Of a stretch of DNA of 32,000 nucleotides, positions 15,947 through 24,316 are shown piece after piece. The notes below the pieces were generated by a model. It made no database searches. It had not been told where the DNA came from and worked only from the letters and a program-made list of their open reading frames with translations. Position numbers and translations under genes: made by a program. Source of the DNA: Megasphaera elsdenii DSM 20460 (GTDB lineage Bacteria > Bacillota > Negativicutes > Veillonellales > Megasphaeraceae); NCBI RefSeq assembly GCF_003010495.1, contig NZ_CP027570.1:960001-992000 (forward strand), in the 5' to 3' direction. The stretch's first letter is position 1, and each line of letters starts with the position of its first letter.

Positions 15947-15976
15947 ACCGTGTACCGCTGGTATGCGGTTTTTTTC
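15947..15976. terminator. bidirectional intrinsic terminator
   Basis: ACCGTGTACC-GCT-GGTATGCGGT forms a 10-bp stem including 2 G-U pairs. It is flanked by A-rich sequence (GAAGAAAA) on the 5' side and TTTTTTT on the 3' side, so there is a U-tract in either orientation. Confidence 0.6.
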
Positions 15977-15987
15977 AGGTTACAATG

Positions 15988-16065
15988 TTATTTGCAAACT
16001 GAAATGATCAATACGACAAGCGTAGCAAAAGCAATCATCAATGATAATGCTTCGTATACTTTCAT
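15988..16065 (-). CDS. 25-aa hydrophobic peptide MKVYEALSLMIAFATLVVLIISVCK (BsrG/holin-like type I toxin candidate)
   Basis: ATG at 16065, TAA at 15990-15988. GGGGTGAG ends 4 nt before the ATG. The peptide has one predicted TM helix. Its N-terminal pattern MxVYE[AS]Lx[LI]MIxF recalls B. subtilis BsrG (from memory). It is below the ORF-track length cutoff. Confidence 0.5.
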   Translation of the reverse strand: MKVYEALSLMIAFATLVVLIISVCK

Positions 16066-16073
16066 AAAGCTCA

Positions 16074-16089
16074 CCCCGCTTTCGCGAGG
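16074..16089 (-). promoter_or_regulatory. SD-sequestering hairpin in the peptide mRNA leader
   Basis: The mRNA reads CCUCGC-GAAA-GCGGGG, a 6-bp stem with a GNRA tetraloop. The 3' arm is the G-run of the Shine-Dalgarno sequence. Confidence 0.4.
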
Positions 16090-16099
16090 AAAACCGAAT

Positions 16100-16114
16100 C
16101 ATCAAGCTATCTCT
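16100..16114. repeat. right arm of the 15-bp inverted repeat (CATCAAGCTATCTCT on plus)
   Basis: Exact reverse complement of 15889-15903. It lies downstream, in the minus sense, of TATAAT (16131-16126) and of TTGTTA-N17-TATAAA. Confidence 0.9.
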
Positions 16115-16141
16115 GGAAATAGTTTATTATAAATTTATAAA

Positions 16142-17365
16142 TTACGGAACCGCTTTTAACAATATTATTTCGATGGGAGTGCCCTTTGGCAATGGGGGCG
16201 TTCCTTTTTTTATGTATGCCAAGGCGTTGGTATGGGCGAGGCCAAGCAGGGCGCTGGACGTCAAGGTCGTATTGGGCGTAAAGACGGGCTGACCCTGTTC
16301 GTAGGTCAGGAGACCTTGGACGAAGCGGTCGACAGGGTTCTGCTTGTGAATCGCGTCGCCCAGGCGGCAGGTAATTCGGGGAAATTCGCAGGCCCTTTCG
16401 CCATTGAGGCGGCGCAGGATGGGCACGGCCAGGAGGTGGAAGGCGTTGAACGAGGCCGACGGATTGCCGGACAGGCCGAGGATGAGTATCCTATGGCCAT
16501 TATCGTCGATGACGCCGCCGTAAGAGGCCGAGCCGGGCCGCATGGTGATGCGGTTGTAAAGCTGGACGGCACCGAGGGCTTCGTAAATCTGGGGCATCGT
16601 GTCATAGAGACCGACGGAAACGCCGCCAGTGCTGACGATGAGGTCCTTGCCCTGAGCCAGGCGGCGGACGGCAGCTATTTCATCGGCCAGGTCATCCGGG
16701 CCGTCGGATACGTGATAGAAGGTGACGGCTGCGCCGTACTGTTCCAATAAAGACTGGAAGAGATAGGCATTGGAGTTGTAAATCTGGCCGTCGTGCCGCA
16801 CTTCTCCGGGCATGACCAGTTCCCTGCCGGAGGTCAGGAAGAGGACCTCTGGTTTGGCATAGACGGGAAGCCGGTCATTTCCCAGGCCCACGGCGACGGA
16901 CAGGGCGCCGGCTGTGAGCTTGGTCCCAGCCGGGATGATGATGGCGCCGGGCTTACATTCTTCGCCTACAGGGATGATGTTGCTGCCGGGTTTTATGGTT
17001 TCTGTCACTTCTATACGGGTCCCGCGGTGATCGACGCATTCCTGGGGGATGACCGTATCGCAGTCGCCGGGGACGGCGCAGCCCGTCATGAGGCGTACAG
17101 CCTGTCCAGCGGCGACGGGGCCTTCGTAGACGATGCCGGCGCCGATAGTGGCCACGACTTCATAGGTGGTTCCTTCATGACTATGGATGGCGTAGCCGTC
17201 GAAAGGCGATTTGCGGTACGGCGGATAGGCATGGGCCGCCGTAATGTCCCGGGCTGTGATGCGGCCCAGGGCCTGGTCCGGTGTAACGTATTCGATTTTC
17301 GCTTTATAGGAAGGCAAGGCGCCGTCGAGACGGCGCCTTGCTTCGGTAATCGTAACGATTTCCAT
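16142..17365 (-). CDS. moeA: molybdopterin molybdenumtransferase MoeA
   Basis: 407 aa with the MoeA N/linker, MoCF-biosynthesis (LIVSTGGVSVG) and C-terminal domain order. It starts 2 nt after the ferredoxin stop. Confidence 0.88.
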   Translation of the reverse strand: MEIVTITEARRRLDGALPSYKAKIEYVTPDQALGRITARDITAAHAYPPYRKSPFDGYAIHSHEGTTYEVVATIGAGIVYEGPVAAGQAVRLMTGCAVPGDCDTVIPQECVDHRGTRIEVTETIKPGSNIIPVGEECKPGAIIIPAGTKLTAGALSVAVGLGNDRLPVYAKPEVLFLTSGRELVMPGEVRHDGQIYNSNAYLFQSLLEQYGAAVTFYHVSDGPDDLADEIAAVRRLAQGKDLIVSTGGVSVGLYDTMPQIYEALGAVQLYNRITMRPGSASYGGVIDDNGHRILILGLSGNPSASFNAFHLLAVPILRRLNGERACEFPRITCRLGDAIHKQNPVDRFVQGLLTYEQGQPVFTPNTTLTSSALLGLAHTNALAYIKKGTPPLPKGTPIEIILLKAVP

Positions 17366-17367
17366 GG

Positions 17368-17928
17368 TTATGGCTTTCCTTTTTTCAATGCTTTTTCATA
17401 AGCTGCCTGCGTTTTGGCGGCTTCTTTTTGTGCCTTCAATTTAGCCCGCTGGGCGGCGACGACAGCCGGGTCGAAGAGACTCAGGGCTTCCGTCGGGCAG
17501 GCGGGGATGCAGGCCGGTTCTCCCGTTTCTGTGTTGGCGCAGAGGTCGCATTTATAAGCGACGATGCGGAAGGGGCGGCCTTTGGTGTCACCGTGGTAGA
17601 TCTTGGTCATGTTGATGGCCTGGAAGGGGCAGGCACGGGAACATTTCCCGCAGCCCCGGCAGGCATCTTCGTCGATGACGACCGAGTCCGGCCCCAGGGA
17701 GATGCAATGGAAGGGGCAGGCTTCCATGCAGCGCGGCTTCGGGCATTGCTGGCACTGGACGGCTTTGGTGACCTTCGACGTGTAAACGACATGGACCCGC
17801 GGTGTGAAGTCGAAGCTCTTCGGCTTGAGGGCGAACAGGGCCTTGCCCGTATGGCTGGCCACACAGGCGGCCATGCAGGTCTTGCAGCCGATGCAGAGTT
17901 CCGGGTCTGTCTTGACGTGTTTAAACAT
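17368..17928 (-). CDS. 4x[4Fe-4S] ferredoxin-type electron-transfer subunit (HycB/FdhB-like)
   Basis: 186 aa with cysteine clusters CIGCKTCMAAC, CQQCPKPRCMEACP, CRGCGKCSRACP and CDLC...CIPACP. Its RBS GGAGG lies inside the end of fdhA. Confidence 0.85.
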   Translation of the reverse strand: MFKHVKTDPELCIGCKTCMAACVASHTGKALFALKPKSFDFTPRVHVVYTSKVTKAVQCQQCPKPRCMEACPFHCISLGPDSVVIDEDACRGCGKCSRACPFQAINMTKIYHGDTKGRPFRIVAYKCDLCANTETGEPACIPACPTEALSLFDPAVVAAQRAKLKAQKEAAKTQAAYEKALKKGKP

Positions 17929-17931
17929 CGT

Positions 17932-20124
17932 TTACACCTCCTTTACTTCAATGCCCATGCGGGCGCGGATGGCGGCGTATTGCGCTTTTACATCGCGTTC
18001 GGCCTGTTTCTGGTCGTCGATTTTTTCGACGCGGCAGGCACAGTATTTAAATTCCGGCGTATGGCTCTTCGGGTCCAGGGCTGCTGACGTCAGTTCATTG
18101 CAGGCGCCGATCCACCACTGGTAGGTCATATACGTAGCCCCCTTGGATACGCGGTCTGTTTCCTGGCAGCGGGTGATGGTATGGCCCCGCTTGGAGACGA
18201 CGCGGACCAGGTCGCCGTTGGCGATGCCCAGTTCCTGGCAGTCTTCCGGGTTCATCTGGATGTAGCCCGGTTCATCGGCCAAATCGGCCAGGAGGCGGCA
18301 GTTGCCGGTCATGGTACGGACGGAGTAGTGGCCGACTTCGCGGACTGTCGACAGGGACAGGGGGTATTCGGGACTTTCCAGCTCTTTGGCCGGGGTCCAG
18401 GGATAGTAGTAGAAATGGCCTTTGCCGTCAGCCGTGGCGAACTGGGCGTCTTTATGGAGATACTGCGTCCCCGTGTCGTCCGGGCTGTCTTCCGTACAGG
18501 GCCACTGGACGCCGTGGTTCTCGACCATTTTTTCATAGCTGGCGCCGGCGAATTTCGGGCACAGGGAGCGCATTTCATCCCAAATCTGTTCGGTGTTGTC
18601 ATAGTGCATGGGATAGCCCATGGCCGTTGCCATGAGGCAGAGGATTTCCCAGTCCGTCTTGCAGCCCGGCTGAGGTTCGATGAGCTTGCGGACACGCTGG
18701 AAGCGGCGGTCGCAGGCCGTGTATACGCCGTTGTGTTCGCCCCAGGCCGTGGCCGGGAAAACGACGTCGGCATATTCGCAGGTCTTGTTGAAGAAGATAT
18801 CCTGGACGATGACCAGGTCGATGGCCGACAAGGTGCGGCGGATTTCCGGCAGGTCCGGGTCGGACTGGGCCGGGTCTTCGCCGATGATGTAATAGGCATG
18901 GATCCGTTTTTTCGGGTCCGGTTCGCGCAGGACTTTATCCGGTACGTAGGTCAAGGGCAGGCCGACATGGGCCGGCAGGGAGACGCCCCAGGCCCTTTCG
19001 AATTTATGGCGGATCGCGTCATCGGTCACATCCTGATAGCCGGGATACTGGTTGGGCAGGACGCCCATATCGCAGGTCCCCTGGACGTTGTTCTGGCCGC
19101 GGACGGGGCCGACGCCGGTGGCGTAATGACCGTAGTTGCCGGTCATGAGGCTCAGGTTGGAGCAGGCGATGACACATTCGACGCCTTGCGAGAACTGGGT
19201 GATACCCATGCCCCAGAGGGTCATGGTGTGCTTGGACGAGGCGAACAGGCGCGCAGCCCGGCGGATGTCGCCGGGGTCGAGATGGGTTGCCGCAGCGACG
19301 GCTTCCGGAGCGTATTTTTCCTGGGCCACTTCTTTGGCATAGTCGGCAAAGCCTGTCGTATGCTTTTCGATGAAATCGTGGTCGACCAGGTCTTCCGTGA
19401 CGATGACATGGGCCATGGCGTTGAGGAAGAGCATGTTCGTGCCGCCCTTGATAGGCAGATAAATGGTGGCGATGCGCCCTGTTTCTGTCAGGCGCGGATC
19501 GACACAGATGATCTTGCAGCCCTTCTTCTTGGCCCGGACGATATGGCGGGCGACGAGGGGATGCGAGACCGGCGCGTTATAGCCGATATCGAAAATGACT
19601 TCTGCATCTTCGAGTTCGGGAACGCTGAAAGACATAGCACCTTCACCGACGGACTCACCGAGTCCGGTAACCGATGGAGCGTGTCAAATGCGGGCGCAGT
19701 GGTCGACATTGTTCGTACCGACGACGGCGCGCATGAATTTCTGGGTAATATAGGCGGCCTCATTGCCGGGACCGCGGGCCGAACCGGCGCCCATGACGGC
19801 ATCCGGGCCGTATTCCTTGATGATTGCCTTGAGGCGGGTCGCAGCGTATTTGATGGCTTCCTGCCAGGATACTTCGACGAGGGGCGTACCCTTGCCGTTT
19901 TTGCGGATCATCGGTTTACGGATCCGCTTAGTCAGGATCTGAGGGTCGTTCAGGTAGTCCCAGCCGTACAGCCCTTTCAGGCAGAGACGGCCTTCGTTGT
20001 TGACACCGCGCGGCGAGCCTTTGGCTTCGATGACCCGGTTCTCTTCCGTGTCGACCGTGCAGGTGATGACGCAGCCTGTGCCACAGTAGGGACAGACGGT
20101 GTCTATTTTTTTATAGGCACACAT
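17932..20124 (-). CDS. fdhA: selenocysteine-containing formate dehydrogenase catalytic subunit (FdhF/FdhA type, bis-MGD); TGA at 19686-19684 read as Sec
   Basis: Track ORFs 19684..20124 and 17932..19635 are in the same frame and are joined by TGA plus 16 sense codons. The junction reads NNVDHCARI-U-HAPSVTGLGESVGEGAM, the FDH-H Sec motif. N-terminal CPYCGTGC...C Fe-S motif. 730 aa in total. Confidence 0.85.
19645..19686 (-). other. UGA(Sec) codon plus candidate bacterial SECIS hairpin
   Basis: About 15 nt after the UGA the mRNA reads ACC-GGACUC-GGU-GAGUCC-GUC-GGU. The GGACUC/GAGUCC stem has a G/U-containing apical loop and a further ACC/GGU extension across a bulge. Confidence 0.5.
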
Positions 20125-20160
20125 AGTAACACCTCACTTAAAAATAAACTGGAGATTTTT

Positions 20161-20169
20161 AGTATACCA
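20161..20169 (-). promoter_or_regulatory. extended -10 (TGGTATACT) upstream of fdhA
   Basis: TGnTATACT on the minus strand, about 35 nt upstream of the fdhA ATG. GAGGTG RBS. The -35 is weak. Confidence 0.4.
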
Positions 20170-20244
20170 CGGATAAGATATACTTTACTAGTCTCAGTGT
20201 AGGACTTCTTTTGTGGAGGTGCAAGGAAGAAAAGAACAAAACGA

Positions 20245-21273
20245 TTATATCGCCGACGAACGGTAGCCCGTGAGGAATAAGATGTCATCGACCAGTGTCC
20301 CGGTGTCGGCCTGTGTCACGTCGATCCGCGGGAATGGTCCGTGGCTGCGGCTTTCGACGAGGACCAGGTCGGCCAGCTGCTGCTGGGACAGGGCGAGGAT
20401 ATAGTCTTCTTTCGACAGGCCTTCGGGGACATCGGCCGGGCCGCAGAGACAGACCGAGACGGCGCCGGCTTTTTGGGCCCGGTCCGTGTCGGACCCAATC
20501 TTTTGGCGGGTGACGATATGGTGGGTGCTCTTGATATAGGCGACCTGGTAGCCGCGCCGCGTCAATTCAGCAATGGCTGCCGTGGCGGCTGTCGTCTTGC
20601 CGTCGCCGGAGTCCGGGGCTGTCAGGGTGACGACCGGGACTTGGCGGCAACTGTTGGCATCGCGCCCTTTGGCGGCTTCATAAGCTTCGGGCGTATTGAT
20701 GTTGAGGTATAAGGCAGGCCGGAAGGATTCATCCACGTAGGCTGCCGGCACGGCCTGGTAGAGGCGGCGTAAGCGGTATTCGCCCTTTTGCAGATGGTCC
20801 GCGACGGCCGGCAGGAGCTGGCGGCTGTATAAGGCGGCCAAGGGCTGGTCCTGCTTGTTTTCGGTCCTGGGAATGACAGCCAGCAGGTCAGGCTGGTGCC
20901 GCAGTAACTTGACTAGGTCCGGGACGGGGGCAAAGTTGTAAAAGGGAAGGTCGACAGAGAGGACCAGGTAGAACTCGCTGGTACCACTGTGCAAAGCGGC
21001 TTCCAGGCCGCCTAAGGGGCCGCAGCCGGGATAACTGTCCGCGACGAGATGGACCGTGCGGCCTAATTTCGCAGGCAGCTCATGCGGTGTATAAGGCCGA
21101 TTGATGGCGATGATGCGTTCTGAAAAAGGATAGGCCTGGCTGCGCAGGAGCTGGTCTGTCAGCAAATCCGTGTCATGCCAGGGAAGGCCTGCCTTATCGC
21201 GGCCCATCCGGGTGCTGAGGCCGCCAGCCAGGACAATCAGGCCCAGTGACGGGGAACGACGTGTTTTTGACAT
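20245..21273 (-). CDS. mobA: MobA (Moco guanylyltransferase) - MobB fusion protein
   Basis: The ATG at 21273 gives MSKTRR.... The N-terminal segment LIVLAGGLSTRMGRDKAGL is the MobA signature. The C-terminal ~130 aa carry a MobB-like P-loop (PDSGDGKTT). Confidence 0.8.
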   Translation of the reverse strand: MSKTRRSPSLGLIVLAGGLSTRMGRDKAGLPWHDTDLLTDQLLRSQAYPFSERIIAINRPYTPHELPAKLGRTVHLVADSYPGCGPLGGLEAALHSGTSEFYLVLSVDLPFYNFAPVPDLVKLLRHQPDLLAVIPRTENKQDQPLAALYSRQLLPAVADHLQKGEYRLRRLYQAVPAAYVDESFRPALYLNINTPEAYEAAKGRDANSCRQVPVVTLTAPDSGDGKTTAATAAIAELTRRGYQVAYIKSTHHIVTRQKIGSDTDRAQKAGAVSVCLCGPADVPEGLSKEDYILALSQQQLADLVLVESRSHGPFPRIDVTQADTGTLVDDILFLTGYRSSAI

Positions 21274-21436
21274 CCTATCACATCCTTTACACATAATAAG
21301 TACATTATAACATGATGAGTACTGACGGATATACAATTACAAAAAAAGTATGGCCAGCTAACAAATTTTCATGTATAATAAGTTTAAGTACAATCGTTAT
21401 TTTCAGATACGAATAACGCTTGAAGGAGGTGGGGTT

Positions 21437-21814
21437 ATGGCCAAAGAGAAGCTGCACTGCAAGGTGACGCTGTGTCTCCTGGGGGATAAGCGGGCTTTTG
21501 GCCCCGGCGTGGCAGAACTGCTGGACGGTGTCCGCCGTCACGGTTCCCTGCAGGGGGCAGCCCGGGAAATGGCGATGTCGTACTCCAAGGCCTGGACGAT
21601 CATGCGTAATGCTGAGGCCATCTGGGGATTTCCCCTCATCCGCCGTTATGTCGGCGGCAAAGACGGCGGCCGGTCGGTCCTGACTCGGCAGGCTGAGATC
21701 ATCCTGGCCCGGTATGAACAGATGGATGAAGCCCTGCACGCCATGGCAGACCGTCAGTTCCAGCAGTGGTTCAATGACGATGAACTGCAGAAATTACAAA
21801 CAATGGAAGGATAG
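21437..21814 (+). CDS. ModE N-terminal-domain-only winged-HTH regulator
   Basis: The ATG at 21437 follows GAAGGAGGTGG. GSLQGAAREMAMSYSKAWTIM...GGKDGGRSVLT parallels the ModE N-terminal domain (GSISQGAK...GGKGGGGAVLT). There is no Mop/TOBE domain. 125 aa. Confidence 0.7.
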   Translation: MAKEKLHCKVTLCLLGDKRAFGPGVAELLDGVRRHGSLQGAAREMAMSYSKAWTIMRNAEAIWGFPLIRRYVGGKDGGRSVLTRQAEIILARYEQMDEALHAMADRQFQQWFNDDELQKLQTMEG

Positions 21815-21820
21815 ATAGTT

Positions 21821-22840
21821 ATGAAAATGATGAAAACCGAAGAGGCTGTCGGCCATGTCCTCTGCCACGATATTACCCAGATCATCCGCGGCGTCACCAA
21901 AGGCCCGGTCTTCCGCAAGGGCCATGTGATTACTAAGGAAGATATCCCGGTCCTGTTGTCTGTCGGCAAGGACCACGTCTACATCTGGGAAAAGGACGAT
22001 ACCTTGCTCCATGAAGATGAAGCCGCGGCCATCCTGCGCGATATCTGCCTGGGGACGAATATGCATGGCAGTGAGCCGAAAGAAGGGAAAATCGAACTCA
22101 TCGCCGATTGCGACGGCGTCCTGACCATCCGGCGCGACGGATTGAAAGCCGTCAATTCTTTGGGAGAAATGATGATTGCCACCCGCCATGGCGGCTTCCC
22201 GGTCCGTAAGGGCGATAAACTGGCCGGTACGCGCATCATTCCCCTGGTCATCAAGAAGGATAAGATGGCAGCGGCTAAGGAAGCGGCCGGTCCGGCACCG
22301 CTCCTGGATGTCCATCCCTTCGGTCAAAAAAAGGCCGGCGTCGTCACGACGGGTAATGAAGTCTTTCACGGCCGCATTGAAGATACGTTTACGCCGGTCA
22401 TCGAAAGCAAGCTGGCTGAATACGGGGCCGTCATGGCCATGCACACGACCTTGGCCGATGACCCGGCGGCCATCACGGCGGCTATCCAGGATATGCTGGC
22501 TCAGGGCATGGATATGGTCTTTTGTACCGGTGGCATGAGCGTCGACCCCGATGACCAGACGCCGCTGGCCATCAAGAATACCGGTGCCTGCATGGTTTCC
22601 TACGGCGCTCCGGTCCTGCCGGGAGCCATGTTCCTCCTGGCCTATGCCGGCGACGGCCGCCCCATCGTCGGCCTGCCGGGCTGTGTCATGTACGCCAAGC
22701 GGACGATTTTCGACCTCGTCCTGCCGTCACTCATAGCCGACGTCCCGGTAACGGCAGAAGACCTGGCCGGTCTCGGTGAAGGCGGCCTGTGCCTGAATTG
22801 CCACGTCTGTACCTTCCCGAATTGCGGTTTTGGAAAGTAG
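21821..22840 (+). CDS. molybdopterin-binding (MoCF-biosynthesis domain) protein with a C-terminal Cys cluster
   Basis: 339 aa. The central and C-terminal part has a MogA/MoeA-type fold (FCTGGMSVDPDD). It ends in CLNCHVCTFPNCGFGK. Confidence 0.65.
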   Translation: MKMMKTEEAVGHVLCHDITQIIRGVTKGPVFRKGHVITKEDIPVLLSVGKDHVYIWEKDDTLLHEDEAAAILRDICLGTNMHGSEPKEGKIELIADCDGVLTIRRDGLKAVNSLGEMMIATRHGGFPVRKGDKLAGTRIIPLVIKKDKMAAAKEAAGPAPLLDVHPFGQKKAGVVTTGNEVFHGRIEDTFTPVIESKLAEYGAVMAMHTTLADDPAAITAAIQDMLAQGMDMVFCTGGMSVDPDDQTPLAIKNTGACMVSYGAPVLPGAMFLLAYAGDGRPIVGLPGCVMYAKRTIFDLVLPSLIADVPVTAEDLAGLGEGGLCLNCHVCTFPNCGFGK

Positions 22841-22848
22841 GTGGTCTG

Positions 22849-23346
22849 GTGAACAAGTTTACTCATATCGACAGTAAGGGTGATGCCGTCATGGTCGACG
22901 TCAGCGGCAAGGCGATAACGGCCCGGACGGCTGTGGCCTGCGGCCGTATCGCCATGAGCCGTGACTGTTATGAAGCCGTCAAAGCCGGCGCCATGAAAAA
23001 GGGCGACGTCCTCGGCGTGGCCCGCATTGCTGGCATCATGGGAGCTAAGCGGACGAGCGACCTTATTCCACTCTGCCATATCCTAAATTTGACTAAATGC
23101 GGCGTCGAATTTATGTTCCATGACGATACCTCGGAAATCGAAGGCCGGTGTACGGTCAAATGCGATGGCAAGACGGGCGTCGAAATGGAAGCCCTGACGG
23201 GTGTATCCGTGGCCTTGCTGACGGTCTATGATATGTGCAAGGCCGTCGATAAACGCATGTGTATCAAGGATATCCACCTCGTCGAAAAAATCGGCGGCAA
23301 GAGCGGCCATTTCCAATATGACGGAGGGAAAAAGCATGAAGGATAA
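22849..23346 (+). CDS. moaC: cyclic pyranopterin monophosphate synthase MoaC
   Basis: A GTG start at 22849 gives (M)NKFTHIDSKGDAVMVDVSGK, parallel to E. coli [29 protein letters not shown] lies upstream. Confidence 0.85.
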   Translation: MNKFTHIDSKGDAVMVDVSGKAITARTAVACGRIAMSRDCYEAVKAGAMKKGDVLGVARIAGIMGAKRTSDLIPLCHILNLTKCGVEFMFHDDTSEIEGRCTVKCDGKTGVEMEALTGVSVALLTVYDMCKAVDKRMCIKDIHLVEKIGGKSGHFQYDGGKKHEG

Positions 23347-24313
23347 ATGGGGTCGGACGATTGACTACCTGCGCCTGTCCCTGACGGACCGCTGTAATCT
23401 GCGCTGCCGTTACTGTATGCCTGAAGCCTTGGACAGTGTCGGCCATGACGCGGTCCTGCGCTATGAAGAAATGATGCTCATCTGCCGGGCGGCTCTGGCT
23501 TTGGGCATCGACCGTTTCAAGATTACTGGTGGTGAACCGCTGGTGCGGAAGGGGGCCGTATCTTTTATGCAGTCTCTTAAAGACATGGACGGTGTCCGTT
23601 CCGTCACCATGACGACAAATGGCCTTCTCTTATCGGCAGTGCTGCCCGATTTGGTACGCTTCGGCATTGATGGCATCAATGTCAGCATAGATACTCTCGA
23701 TGCAAGCCAGTACGCTTGCTTAACAGGCGGCGGAAATTTGTCTGTCCTATTACAAGCTTTGAAAGAAGCCATATCTCAGCGTGTAAACATCAAAGTAAAC
23801 GCCGTCTTGCTGGCGGAAACGCGGAATCAGATTTTGCCATTGGCGGAACTAGCCCGAACATATCCTATCGATGTGCGTTTCATCGAACTCATGCCCATCG
23901 GCTTCGGGACGACCTTGGACGGCATATCGGAAGCCGAAGCCTTGTCCCTTCTGGTCCGGGCCTATCCTGATTTGGCCGCGACGGGAGAACGGCGGGGCAA
24001 TGGGCCGGCTTCGTATTACCAGAGCCGGTATCTGCAAGGCCGTATCGGCTTCATTGCCGCCAATACACATGGTTTCTGCTCGTCCTGTAACCGCCTGCGC
24101 CTGACGAGTACGGGCTTTTTGAAACCTTGTCTTTGCTATGACGACGGCGTCGATTTGCGGGCTATTGTCCGCAGCGGCCAACGTGAAAATCTTATTTTTC
24201 AGGAATTGCAGCGGGCCATAGCCGGCGCTATTTACGAAAAACCGGCGAAGCATTGTTTTGCTGAAAAGAATCATATTAGTGAACATAAAACGATGAATCA
24301 GATCGGAGGATAA
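23336..24313 (+). CDS. moaA: GTP 3',8-cyclase MoaA (radical SAM)
   Basis: The ATG at 23336 has GGAGGG 7 nt upstream and overlaps the end of moaC. CNLRCRYC radical-SAM motif and the C-terminal cluster CSSCNRLRLTSTGFLKPC. Confidence 0.9.
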   Translation: MKDKWGRTIDYLRLSLTDRCNLRCRYCMPEALDSVGHDAVLRYEEMMLICRAALALGIDRFKITGGEPLVRKGAVSFMQSLKDMDGVRSVTMTTNGLLLSAVLPDLVRFGIDGINVSIDTLDASQYACLTGGGNLSVLLQALKEAISQRVNIKVNAVLLAETRNQILPLAELARTYPIDVRFIELMPIGFGTTLDGISEAEALSLLVRAYPDLAATGERRGNGPASYYQSRYLQGRIGFIAANTHGFCSSCNRLRLTSTGFLKPCLCYDDGVDLRAIVRSGQRENLIFQELQRAIAGAIYEKPAKHCFAEKNHISEHKTMNQIGG

Positions 24314-24316
24314 AAA

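Larger units (their letters stand above)
15889..15976 (+). ncRNA. candidate ~85-nt small RNA converging on the small-peptide gene (possible type I antitoxin)
   Basis: Bounded by the extended -10 at 15874-15882 and by the hairpin plus T-tract at 15947-15976. Its 3' ~35 nt would be complementary to the 3' end of the opposite-strand peptide mRNA. Purely sequence-inferred. Confidence 0.3.

Noticed and set aside
15889-16114. MITE-like mobile element delimited by the 15-bp inverted repeats
   Set aside because: The flanking bases (ATAAAA / GGAAAT) show no target-site duplication, and there is no transposase in the window. Each arm sits at a fixed position behind a -10 box, which fits transcribed leaders better. 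It is not fully excluded; a genome-wide search for the 15-mer would decide.
15938-16132. 64-aa plus-strand ORF in the fdhD/moeA spacer
   Set aside because: It starts inside the terminator region, runs through the terminator hairpin and has no RBS. It is antisense to the better-supported 25-aa peptide gene.
17932-20124. fdhA as a disrupted gene or pseudogene (two ORFs)
   Set aside because: The interruption is a single in-frame TGA inside the canonical CAR(I/V)-U-H motif, with a downstream hairpin. Selenocysteine recoding is the simpler explanation.
18181-20202. 673-aa plus-strand ORF, the longest unassigned ORF in the track
   Set aside because: It is entirely antisense to the well-supported Sec-FDH gene. 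Its composition is dominated by A/G/D/V/R, as expected for a shadow frame of a GC3-rich gene. It has no RBS and no recognisable motifs.
21274-21436. Moco riboswitch upstream of the modE-like/moa operon (also considered upstream of fdhA, 20125-20244)
   Set aside because: The leaders are only about 40-60 nt. I found only a simple CGTTATT-N10-AATAACG hairpin (21395-21418) and none of the conserved Moco-motif blocks I can recall. An Infernal scan would settle this.
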